From NCBI GenBank assembly GCA_050117845.1, contig JASFLY010000001.1, positions 96,001-160,000 of the forward strand: a DNA stretch of 64,000 bases, written 5' to 3'. Each line of letters opens with the position of its first letter. Position 1 is the stretch's first letter. The position numbers and the translations under genes were made by a program. This document shows, piece after piece, positions 1 to 8,611 of the stretch. The notes under the pieces are model-generated. The model saw only the letters and a list, made by a program, of their open reading frames with translations. It ran no database searches and was not told the origin of the DNA. Source of the DNA: Candidatus Zixiibacteriota bacterium (GTDB taxonomy: Bacteria; RBG-13-66-14; B26-G2; WVWN01).

Positions 1-104
1 TATTACTCCTCGTCGGCCGGCGGCGCCGCCTGCTCGATTACCTCAAGAACAAGGACATCGAGCGTTACCGGAACGTCATTCGGGCGCTCGGCATCCGGCG
101 TTAG
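1..104 (+). CDS. rpsO: 30S ribosomal protein S15, C-terminal end (5' truncated by window)
   Basis: Frame from base 3 reads [33 protein letters not shown], the S15 C-terminus; absent from ORF track. Confidence 0.93.
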   Translation, partial: LLLVGRRRRLLDYLKNKDIERYRNVIRALGIRR

Positions 105-208
105 GAGAGCCGCCAGGCCTGCGGCGGCCCGGGCTTAGTAGGCCCGCCCCACGTTCGCGGAAGGCCCGCAGGTACCGCGAGCGAAGGGTGTGAAACTTAC
201 CCAAAATT

Positions 209-234
209 AAACCCGGCCCCGAGGCCGGGTTTTT
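209..234. terminator. Probable bidirectional intrinsic terminator
   Basis: aaACCCGGCC-ccga-GGCCGGGTtttt with T-run on + and A-run upstream, between convergent rpsO and ORF 258..1529. Confidence 0.8.
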
Positions 235-257
235 CGGACATCAATCGCAGAGCGCCA

Positions 258-1529
258 CTAATAATCCCGGGACGGGTTGCAGTGGAAATCGACCTCGAAC
301 TCCTCCTCGTCCTCATACAACATCTTGGCCGCGATGCGGAACGGCGCGTCCCGGTCCAACTCTTGGGGCGCTTTAAAAGAATAGGCCAAGATAACGGTTT
401 CGTGCCAACCGCTTTTTTCGCCTTCGCCCGCGGCCTTCACGGCCAACGGCTTTTTCGCATCGGGAGGTTGGTAAAACGCGGCCCCGCTTATCTTAGTTTT
501 GTCTTTAGCCGTCGAGAAATAGGGCTCCCGGAATTCTACGTAAATGTCGTCCGTGCCCGGCCAATAATCGTCGTAGACTCTCACCCATTTATCCCAGTCG
601 CCGTATACCCCCATCGCCTCGGTGGCGTTCCTTATCCCCGCCCGCACCACCCGTTCATACGGGATTATGCGATAAATCCGGATGTCCGGTTCACCCTCCG
701 TCCCGACCGGGATCCAACCGTAGGTGCCCAGCATCTCTACTGCCAGAGCCCACCCGTCTTCGATGAAAATAATGGAATAACAAATGAACCCGTCATCGAC
801 TTCCGCGTATTCGTACCCCGGGCCGCGGCGGCCTTGGACGTCCACCTCGGACTCGGTGAAAGCGAAATCGCACCGCTCGTAATTATACGTCAGGTTCAGC
901 TCGAGGAACGCCGGGTCGAAGTCGACGGTCCACCCCTCCCCCGAAGCGGCGGGCGGCCTGGGGTAAAATAAGGTCGGCTCTTTGGGGATGTCTTCCGCCT
1001 CGTAGGCGCACAACCGGATGTCCTTGCCGCCGTATTTCGCGTGGAGATGGACGTATCCGTCCCATTTCAGAAAATCCGTCCAAGATAATTCTTCAAGGCC
1101 GGTGAACTCGATTTCGGCGCCGGGCGCGGGGCGCCTCGTGCCGTAGTCGTATACGATATCCTCCTTCGCCGTTAGCGTGAAGAGCGGGCCGCCGTCCCTT
1201 TCGAGAAGCCGCTCGCCGTCCGCATACGCGCACAACCAACCCCTCTGGCCTTCGTACCACGTCCGCACCCAAAAGCCCTCCTCCTTCTCGCGGGTCGAGA
1301 CCCAACCTACCACCGGCACCTCGGCCCCCGCCGGCACCGTCCCGAGGACCGCGAAGTACGTACCGGGCCCCGCGCGCAGGTTCATGCCGTACACCGTTGT
1401 GCAATAGATCGCGCCGTCGAGATTCTCCGGGTCGCGCGCGACGTTCAACTCGGCGAGCGTTACGGCGAACATGGCGGCAGCCGCAAGGAAGGTCGCTACT
1501 ACGCTTATTACCAAATTACGCATTAACAT
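258..1529 (-). CDS. Secreted SH3b-domain protein
   Basis: Signal peptide; MNLRAGPGTYFAVLG...QRGWL SH3b motif and a second degenerate copy (RRGPGYEY...YGWI). Confidence 0.8.
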   Translation of the reverse strand: MLMRNLVISVVATFLAAAAMFAVTLAELNVARDPENLDGAIYCTTVYGMNLRAGPGTYFAVLGTVPAGAEVPVVGWVSTREKEEGFWVRTWYEGQRGWLCAYADGERLLERDGGPLFTLTAKEDIVYDYGTRRPAPGAEIEFTGLEELSWTDFLKWDGYVHLHAKYGGKDIRLCAYEAEDIPKEPTLFYPRPPAASGEGWTVDFDPAFLELNLTYNYERCDFAFTESEVDVQGRRGPGYEYAEVDDGFICYSIIFIEDGWALAVEMLGTYGWIPVGTEGEPDIRIYRIIPYERVVRAGIRNATEAMGVYGDWDKWVRVYDDYWPGTDDIYVEFREPYFSTAKDKTKISGAAFYQPPDAKKPLAVKAAGEGEKSGWHETVILAYSFKAPQELDRDAPFRIAAKMLYEDEEEFEVDFHCNPSRDY

Positions 1530-1611
1530 ATCCCTCCACGCGGGCGCCCGGCCGCGCGTATTTGGCGACGATTTCGCCGCCGCACTTTTCGCATACGGAT
1601 TTTATAGCCAT
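1516..1611 (-). pseudogene. 31-codon remnant of a zinc-ribbon gene 5' end
   Basis: MAIKSVCEKCGGEIVAKYARPGARVEGYVNA*; DNA nearly identical to 5' end of 14869..16131 (CEKCGGEIVVKYAKPG). Confidence 0.7.
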
Positions 1612-1658
1612 AACCTAAAACCTTAGTAAATGACGATTACCATTGGCGTTGAACCCTT

Positions 1659-3518
1659 TCATCTCTTTTCCACGGCGCCGGTACCGCCGGCGAATGGCCG
1701 GAAGTATTGTAACCGGTCGTTGCCCGAATCTGCGACGTAAATGGTGCCGTCCGGCGCGACGGCTATCCCGGAGGGCCCGTAGAATTCCCCGGCCTTCGAG
1801 CCCGGCCTCCCGAACGAACCCTTGATCCTTCCGAGCGGGGAGTACCGGGTAATTACGCCTTCGTGCCACGCGCTGGAAACGAATACGTCGCCGTTCGGGC
1901 CGACCGCGAGTTTAACCGGCTGGCGAACCGCCGTGCCTTCTACGGGCGGCGGCCCGTTTCCTTCGAGTAAGGTCTTTATAGAGTGGGAAATGAGGAGGCC
2001 GTACGGGTCGGCGGAGTAGACGTCGCCTTCCGGCGAGACCGCTATCCCGTCCGAGGAATCCGTATGGCTTCCGCCGGGTCTAGGCGGGTACGGCCCGTCC
2101 CAGTAGCTGAGGACCGAGCCGGTGGGGGTGAAGGATTGGATGCGGGTATGAAAACCTTCCGATACGTAGACGTTGCCGTTCGGCGCGACCGTAAGGCCGC
2201 CGGGCCTGCGAAATCGGCCTTCCCCGGAACCTCGTGAACCCCATTTGCCCAGGAAGGAACCCGCCCTCGTGAAGTATTGCACGCGGTCGTTCCCCGCATC
2301 GCACACGTAGACGTTGCCGTCGGCCGCGGCCGCCACGTCGTTCGGCCTTTTGAATTCGCCGTCGCCGCTGCCTTCCGAGCCCCACGCTCCCAGAAGCTCG
2401 CCCCGGGGCGACAATGATTGGATTCGGTTACCGTCGGTATCGACGGCGTAGATGACGCCGCCCGGCGATACGGCGACGGCGTTCGGCGAAAAAGGCCCGC
2501 CCGGTGCTATTCCCCGCAAGGCGTACCGGCGGACGAACGACCCGTTGGCGGTGAAGCGTTGTATACAGTCGTTGCCGCAATCGGCGACGTATACGTTCCC
2601 GTCGGGGCCGACGGCTATTTTGTCCACGCCGCCGAATTCGCCGTCCCCGGACCCTCTCTTGCCCCACGCGGCCAGCGTTTCCCGGTCCGCCGTAAGGTGC
2701 ACGATTCGGTAGTTACTTTTATCGGCGACGTAGATATCGCCGTCGGTTCCCAAGGCGACGTCTCCGGGCCAGCGGAACGGTTCTTCGTAAAAACATGTCA
2801 TACCCAGGAGCGACCCGGTCGCCGTGAAATACTGGATGCGGTAATTGCTTACGTCGACGACGTAAACCCAACCGTTGGGAGCCACGGCTATACCGTCCGC
2901 GTCATCTATATCAAAGGTTGAGCCTCCCCTCACGCCGTAGTCACCCCACAACCCCAAATAAACGCCGCCGGGGCCGAAGCGATGGACCCGGTCGTGCCTC
3001 GCTTCGGCTACGTAAAAGCCGCCGTTGGGGGCGAAGGCGGCCGTCGTGTCCCGGTTGAAACCGCCCAATACGTTACTCACGTCCCCCAGGTAAGAGCCGG
3101 TTCGGGTGAAGCATTGAATCCTCTGGTCCGCGTGGCCGTGGTCATCGCGGCCGTAGTAATACAGGACGTAAACGGTACCGCCCGGGGCCACGGCTACCCT
3201 TATCGGCCTTGCGGGGGGCTCGTTATCCGGGGGGCCCTCCAGCTCGCCCAGGTAATTTCCGGAGGCGTCGAAGTATTGAACTCTCGCGTTGCCCTTATCC
3301 ACGGCGTAAACGATCCCGTCGGGACCTATAGCGATCTCGGTCGGCGTGAGAAACTGGCCTTCGCCGGAGCCCGTCGAGCCCCACTCACCGGCGTAGACGT
3401 ATTCGACCTCGGCCTCCTTCGTCGCCGAGGCGCTCTTAGCGATATCTTCCGCCGATTCGTCGCCGCCGCAGCCGAGCGCGGCGACGAGTATGGACGTTGC
3501 CAAAGCGAACCGTCTCAC
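1659..3518 (-). CDS. NHL-repeat beta-propeller lipoprotein
   Basis: Lipobox ALGC; about a dozen repeats of P..IAVGPDG.VYVAD..N.R.Q.F / WGS.GSG.G.F. Confidence 0.9.
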   Translation of the reverse strand: MRRFALATSILVAALGCGGDESAEDIAKSASATKEAEVEYVYAGEWGSTGSGEGQFLTPTEIAIGPDGIVYAVDKGNARVQYFDASGNYLGELEGPPDNEPPARPIRVAVAPGGTVYVLYYYGRDDHGHADQRIQCFTRTGSYLGDVSNVLGGFNRDTTAAFAPNGGFYVAEARHDRVHRFGPGGVYLGLWGDYGVRGGSTFDIDDADGIAVAPNGWVYVVDVSNYRIQYFTATGSLLGMTCFYEEPFRWPGDVALGTDGDIYVADKSNYRIVHLTADRETLAAWGKRGSGDGEFGGVDKIAVGPDGNVYVADCGNDCIQRFTANGSFVRRYALRGIAPGGPFSPNAVAVSPGGVIYAVDTDGNRIQSLSPRGELLGAWGSEGSGDGEFKRPNDVAAAADGNVYVCDAGNDRVQYFTRAGSFLGKWGSRGSGEGRFRRPGGLTVAPNGNVYVSEGFHTRIQSFTPTGSVLSYWDGPYPPRPGGSHTDSSDGIAVSPEGDVYSADPYGLLISHSIKTLLEGNGPPPVEGTAVRQPVKLAVGPNGDVFVSSAWHEGVITRYSPLGRIKGSFGRPGSKAGEFYGPSGIAVAPDGTIYVADSGNDRLQYFRPFAGGTGAVEKR

Positions 3519-3519
3519 T

Positions 3520-5376
3520 TTATTCTCCCGGGCCCCGCTGCCGGTTAACCGCGCCCGTTACCGCCGGTTCGCGAGCCTCCCGCGTCTGCCCCGGGTCGCC
3601 CTGGCCGCCCGCGAGTACGCGGAAGTATTGTACCCGGTCGTTGCCCGAATCGGCGACGTAAACGGTGCCGTTCGGCCCGACCGCTACAGCGGAATACCCG
3701 TCGAACTGCCCGGGCCCCGAGCCCGGACTCCCGAACGATCCTTTCAACCTCCCGAGTGGGGAGTACCAGGCGATTATACCTTCGTCCCATTGCCCGCAGA
3801 CGAATACGTCGCCGTTTGGGCCGACCGCGACCTTAGTTGGCTGGCGGAACGGCGCGTCGGCGCCGGCCCACGGCCCCTTTTCGCTGATAAAGGACCCGGT
3901 GGAGGTAAAACACCGGAGGGTGTCACATTCTATGGTATAGACGTTCCCGTTCGGCGAGGCCGCAACCCCGACCGGAGAGAAACTGCGGTCGCCGGGTATT
4001 TCCGGCCCCCACTGGCCGAGTAAGGAGCCGGTCGGCGTGTAATAGTTCACACGGTCGACGACGCTGTCGGTTACGTAGACGTATCCGTTCGGCCCTACCG
4101 CGACGCCACCCCACGAATGGGATGGCCCCCTTTCCGTCTCCTGATACCATTTCCCCAGAAACGAGCCGTTCGGCGTAAAGTATTGTATTCGTGTATTTCC
4201 TTTATCGTACACGTAAACGGTGCCGTCGGCCGCGACCGCCACATCCTCCGGCCGTTTGAATTCGCCGTCGCCGTTCCCCTCCGAGCCCCACCCCCCCAGA
4301 AACTCGCCTTGGGGCGAGAAGTAAAGGACGGTGTGGTTGCCGGTATCGGTAACGTAGATGACGCCGTCGGGCGATACGGCAACGCCCTCCGGCAATGAAA
4401 GCCGGCCTCGCCCGCCGTATCGGCGGACGAAGGACCCGTCGGCGGTGAAGCGGTGTATACACCCTTTACCCCAGTCGGCGACGTACACGTCTCCCTCCGG
4501 GCCGACGGCGATTTTGCCCATGATATCGAATTCGCCGTCCCCGGCCCCTTCCTTACCCCACGTTCCCACCGCCGCGCCATCGGCGGTAAGGTGGACGACC
4601 CGGTTATTATGGTTGTCGGCGACGTAGACGTCGCCGTTGGCCGCTACGGCGACGCCTCTGGCGAAGCGGAACGGTTCGTAATAAAAACGGATCTGACCCA
4701 GGAACGACCCGTCCGCCGCGAAATACTGGACGCGGTAATTGAAGGAGTCGACGACGTAAACCCAACCGTTGGGCGCGACGGCGATATCGTTCGGGTTTTG
4801 GAATTGGCCTTCCCCCGCGCCGGTGGAGCCCCACGACCCCAACAAGGAACCGGCGGGGCTGAAGTACCGGATGCGGTCGGCCCCCTCTTCCGCCACGTAG
4901 ACGTTGCCGTTGGGGGCAACGTCCCCGGTTATGAGCCAGTCGAAATCTCCCGGCGGATCGCCCAGGTAGGAGCCCGTCCGCGTAAAACGCTTTACGCCTC
5001 CAACCAGGCCGTACATATACCCGACGTAAATGATACCGTCCGGGGCGACGGCAACGCTTACCGGCGCTTCGCCGAATTCGCTGACTACCGGCCCCTCCAA
5101 TCGGCCCAGGTAGTTTCCGGAGCGGTCGAAGTACTGGGCCCTTGCGCCGCGATCATTCACGACGTAAACGGTCCCGTCGGGCCCTACGGCGATTTCGTTC
5201 GGGGAATAGAATTGGCCTTCGCCGGAGCCAGTCGAGCCCCACTCGCCGGCGTAGACGTATTCGACCTCGGCCTCCTTCGTCGCCGAGGCGCTCTTGGCGT
5301 TCTCTTCGGTCGATTCCTCGCCGCCGCACCCGAATGCGGCGAGGAGCGCTAACGCTACCGGGGCGTATCGCCTCAC
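3520..5376 (-). CDS. NHL-repeat beta-propeller lipoprotein (paralog of 1659..3518)
   Basis: GTG start at 5376 after GGAG; lipobox AFGC; same NHL repeats; identical AKSASATKEAEVEYVYAGEWGSTGSGEGQF segment. Confidence 0.9.
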   Translation of the reverse strand: MRRYAPVALALLAAFGCGGEESTEENAKSASATKEAEVEYVYAGEWGSTGSGEGQFYSPNEIAVGPDGTVYVVNDRGARAQYFDRSGNYLGRLEGPVVSEFGEAPVSVAVAPDGIIYVGYMYGLVGGVKRFTRTGSYLGDPPGDFDWLITGDVAPNGNVYVAEEGADRIRYFSPAGSLLGSWGSTGAGEGQFQNPNDIAVAPNGWVYVVDSFNYRVQYFAADGSFLGQIRFYYEPFRFARGVAVAANGDVYVADNHNNRVVHLTADGAAVGTWGKEGAGDGEFDIMGKIAVGPEGDVYVADWGKGCIHRFTADGSFVRRYGGRGRLSLPEGVAVSPDGVIYVTDTGNHTVLYFSPQGEFLGGWGSEGNGDGEFKRPEDVAVAADGTVYVYDKGNTRIQYFTPNGSFLGKWYQETERGPSHSWGGVAVGPNGYVYVTDSVVDRVNYYTPTGSLLGQWGPEIPGDRSFSPVGVAASPNGNVYTIECDTLRCFTSTGSFISEKGPWAGADAPFRQPTKVAVGPNGDVFVCGQWDEGIIAWYSPLGRLKGSFGSPGSGPGQFDGYSAVAVGPNGTVYVADSGNDRVQYFRVLAGGQGDPGQTREAREPAVTGAVNRQRGPGE

Positions 5377-5405
5377 GTTCTCCTCCCATTTGGGGCCGCG
5401 TACGC

Positions 5406-6665
5406 TCATTCGCGGCAACCGGTGAGGTCTTCCAAGAGTTCGTGGCTGCCTTCGTTACGCCGGTACCAATCCGTTTTCTTGACGCCCTCCGGGCAGCCGG
5501 CCGCCGGGGCCATAATAACGTCGTAGTACTTCGCGTCCTCCTCGCCGACCATTACTCCGACGTCTTCTTCCGAAACGGTCGCCAGGTCCCCTTCCAGCGC
5601 GCGGAACGTTCCCCCGCTCGCCATCTCGTACGCCATTACGATAGCCTGGTAGGCGTCCTCGCCCAGGTGGGGAGGTTTGCCTCCGCCGATTCTTTTTCGC
5701 GTCGTCCAGAATAAATACCCGCCGTCGAATCCGTAAGAGGGGAGTGATGCGGTTTCGTCGCCGGTGCCGTCCAGGAGGCCGACCGTGCGACGCTCCCATT
5801 TCTCCGTATCCAGTACGTCCAAGGACCAGGGAGATCGGGGCTTTTCGGCGTTGTCCATAGGCCAGGCGAAATACCGCGAATCCGACGACCAGGCTCCTCC
5901 GTCGCAGGGTCGATGGGATAGACTAACGGCCGTACAAACGTATTCCACCAGGCCCCGGCCCGCCACGAAGAACAGGACCGGCGTATAGCCTTTAGCGAAA
6001 TTCGTATCGTTAAAACCGGAGGTGAAGTCGCGTTGGTCCCGGATGACGGGAACGCTCGCGGCGGCCTTCTTCCCGTCGGGAGAGACGGCCACGTAGTCGT
6101 CGAAGTACTCGCGAACGTACCAACCCTTTTTATAACCATCCCTTATCGCCGCCACCATTCCCGGCGCGTCTCCCGCCCGGCCGAGTTCGTGAGTCCGGGC
6201 GAAGGCGTCGTATATGTCCGCGCGCAGGACGTACTTGTCCGCGAGCCAGCCGACGCGGCCGCCGGCTTCGACTTTGCGCCATACCGCGTCGCCCGGGTCC
6301 TTAACCGTGGGTTGTACTACCGGCAGTGCCGACACATATGGTTCCCGTTCCTGGCTGAGCGAGTACACCCAGCCACCCTCGGTCGTGGTGATCTCGGGGA
6401 AGAGGTATTTTACGCGCGTCCCTTCTTTGAAGGTGGCCACAATCGGCGCGTCGGCCTTGGCCTCGCGGCGTAGCGTCGCTTCCGGTATGTAGACGACGAA
6501 CTCGTCGACGCGCGCCGACGGCGCCGGCTGCGTATCGACCTCGTTTCCGGCCGACGTTTCGCCTGGGGCCGCGGCGGTCTCGGCCGGATCCGGTTTACCG
6601 CCGCACGCGGCCGCCAGCAAGGCCGCCGTTAACGCGAACGTTATTACGTAGTGCCAGCTCTTCAA
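5406..6665 (-). CDS. SH3b-like domain lipoprotein
   Basis: Lipobox AAAC; LRREAKADA...WRKVEAGGRVGWL; SPDGK and WSSDSRY propeller-like motifs; paralog of 9904..10938 and 10974..12035. Confidence 0.75.
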   Translation of the reverse strand: MKSWHYVITFALTAALLAAACGGKPDPAETAAAPGETSAGNEVDTQPAPSARVDEFVVYIPEATLRREAKADAPIVATFKEGTRVKYLFPEITTTEGGWVYSLSQEREPYVSALPVVQPTVKDPGDAVWRKVEAGGRVGWLADKYVLRADIYDAFARTHELGRAGDAPGMVAAIRDGYKKGWYVREYFDDYVAVSPDGKKAAASVPVIRDQRDFTSGFNDTNFAKGYTPVLFFVAGRGLVEYVCTAVSLSHRPCDGGAWSSDSRYFAWPMDNAEKPRSPWSLDVLDTEKWERRTVGLLDGTGDETASLPSYGFDGGYLFWTTRKRIGGGKPPHLGEDAYQAIVMAYEMASGGTFRALEGDLATVSEEDVGVMVGEEDAKYYDVIMAPAAGCPEGVKKTDWYRRNEGSHELLEDLTGCRE

Positions 6666-6677
6666 ACCGGCCTCCCT

Positions 6678-7943
6678 TTATTCCTCAATGACGCGGCCGT
6701 ACGTATCGAACAGCACGCCGTCCACCCGCATGGGCGAGAAGCGGGGATGCTCGTAACCAACTTCGCCCCCAGGGCTAATCCACGTATCGCCGGTGCCGTC
6801 GACGTTTATTATGTATATCTGCCCGGCACCCATATTTTCCACGCACGGCGGGTCGTAGGCGATTTTTCCGCCGTCCGGCGAAAAGCGGGGCGTTAAATAA
6901 AAGCTAAGGCCTCCACCGCCCGTGGTGGGTAACCGCTGGAGTTCTAAAGTATTTACGTCAGCGACCGTTATACCCCCTCCCAACGATTGGAAGACGATCC
7001 TTTTGCCGTCGGGGGAGAAATCCGGTTTTTCTTCGCGTTTATCGTTGGGCGTGAGGTTGTGCCGTCCGGTCCCGTCGGCGTTGACGACGTATACGTCGTA
7101 CCCCAGCTCGTGGTCGTAATCGTCGCCCGAGCGGAAGGCTATTTTCGAACCGTCCGGGGAGATAGTCGGGTTTTTGTCAAAACGGAATTCGTGTCCGACG
7201 GGTGGGCCGGTGACGCGGCGGAGGCCCGAGCCGTCGATATTTATCATGTAAATTTCGTAACCTTTTTCGAACGCAATCTCTTCGCCCGACGCCGGTAAGG
7301 AGGGGGTGCGCGGATAACCATCGGACGAATAAATTAGGCGACGTCCGCGACCGGCGACGTCCGCGATAAATATACCGTTAGCCGATTTACCTTTAGGTGC
7401 GGTATAAACGACCGCTCGGCTGTCCGGCGTAAAGGCGAAGTCCGTCCAATAATCACCTTCGTCGCATAGTACGGTTTCCCCCGAGCCGTCTACGTTGATT
7501 ACGAACAGGGAGGATTTTTCCTCTCGCCTGTTTTTTAGATACGCGATTTTTGTCCCGTCGGGCGAAAATTGGGGGGATTCGCCCGCGACGCCTAAATAGG
7601 CCCAGGACCTACCGTCTATCGAGGCCAACGCGAGGCAGGGACCATTTACCCGGCCGCCGACATCGGCCGTGAAAACGACGACGTTCTCGGCCCGCTTCCC
7701 GCCGTCGCACGGAACCAGCAATTCGTCTACGCTTACTTGTTCCGTGTTTAGGTTGCGGGGATACTCGGGGTCTTCGGAAAACCAGGCCTCGGCGCCGCTC
7801 GCTCCCGTCTTTTCCGCGGCCGTTTCTCCGCCCGGAGGCGCGGCTGTTTCGGCCGGGTCGGCCTTGCCGCCGCACGCCGACACTAGGAGTACTAGCGCCG
7901 CCGCGGCGAGGAATAACGTTACTAATATCTTCCCGTATTTCAT
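6678..7943 (-). CDS. TolB-like (PD40-repeat) beta-propeller lipoprotein
   Basis: Lipobox VSAC; repeated P.FSPDG.KI.Y and IY.IN.DG.G motifs. Confidence 0.88.
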   Translation of the reverse strand: MKYGKILVTLFLAAAALVLLVSACGGKADPAETAAPPGGETAAEKTGASGAEAWFSEDPEYPRNLNTEQVSVDELLVPCDGGKRAENVVVFTADVGGRVNGPCLALASIDGRSWAYLGVAGESPQFSPDGTKIAYLKNRREEKSSLFVINVDGSGETVLCDEGDYWTDFAFTPDSRAVVYTAPKGKSANGIFIADVAGRGRRLIYSSDGYPRTPSLPASGEEIAFEKGYEIYMINIDGSGLRRVTGPPVGHEFRFDKNPTISPDGSKIAFRSGDDYDHELGYDVYVVNADGTGRHNLTPNDKREEKPDFSPDGKRIVFQSLGGGITVADVNTLELQRLPTTGGGGLSFYLTPRFSPDGGKIAYDPPCVENMGAGQIYIINVDGTGDTWISPGGEVGYEHPRFSPMRVDGVLFDTYGRVIEE

Positions 7944-7994
7944 AATGCCTCCTCCGAACCTTAGCGTATTTTAGGTCGGAGCGACGGCCTTGGC

Positions 7995-8459
7995 TTATTC
8001 GTCCGGGTCTAGTCGAAACTCCATTACAACCAAGTACCATACGCCTACGGGTTTCCCTTGGTAAGTGGCCGGCTTAAACTTGCATTCCAAGGCCGCCTTT
8101 TTCGCCGCCTCGTCCATACCCGCTACGCCGAGGGAAGATTTAACGCCGGCTTCAAGTACGTCGCCTTTCTCGTCGATGTAGACGACTAGGGTGACGTCGC
8201 CTTCTATCTTGGCTTCGCGCGCCTCCTCGGGGTATTTGGGCCTAACGGTTTTTATAATCACCGGCGGCTCGTCGTACTCGTGGCCGAGGCGTGGCAAGTC
8301 CAAGTCCGATATCTCCTCCTCCGACAATACGATGACTTCTTTTTCATATTGTTCGTCTGTTTTGCCGCCGCGGTGACAGCTCGAAAATAGTAAGGTTCCA
8401 AAGGCGATCAGCGTTGCGGCCGCTATTTTACCGTAAATAAATTTATTAATCCGTATCAT
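7995..8459 (-). CDS. TonB C-terminal domain protein, probable lipoprotein
   Basis: PKYPEEAREAKIEGDVTLVVYIDEKGDV...FKPA.YQGKPV; N-terminal hydrophobic stretch ending FSSC. Confidence 0.88.
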   Translation of the reverse strand: MIRINKFIYGKIAAATLIAFGTLLFSSCHRGGKTDEQYEKEVIVLSEEEISDLDLPRLGHEYDEPPVIIKTVRPKYPEEAREAKIEGDVTLVVYIDEKGDVLEAGVKSSLGVAGMDEAAKKAALECKFKPATYQGKPVGVWYLVVMEFRLDPDE

Positions 8460-8611
8460 CGAATACGTCCTGCGTTAAAATGGAAACCTCCCGAGCACGC
8501 GGCATAACATCTCGCCGCGCGGGGTTGATGGATATCCGGGGCCGACGTTAAGTAGATGAGGCGGTGCCGGCCTTTGTATCCCCTTTCGCCAACGTAGCCG
8601 CCACTCCTTTT

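Noticed and set aside
8460..8611. Small ORF or gene remnant in the largest gap of the array
   Set aside because: No frame resembles neighbouring families; an RBS-led TTG ORF is only 14 codons
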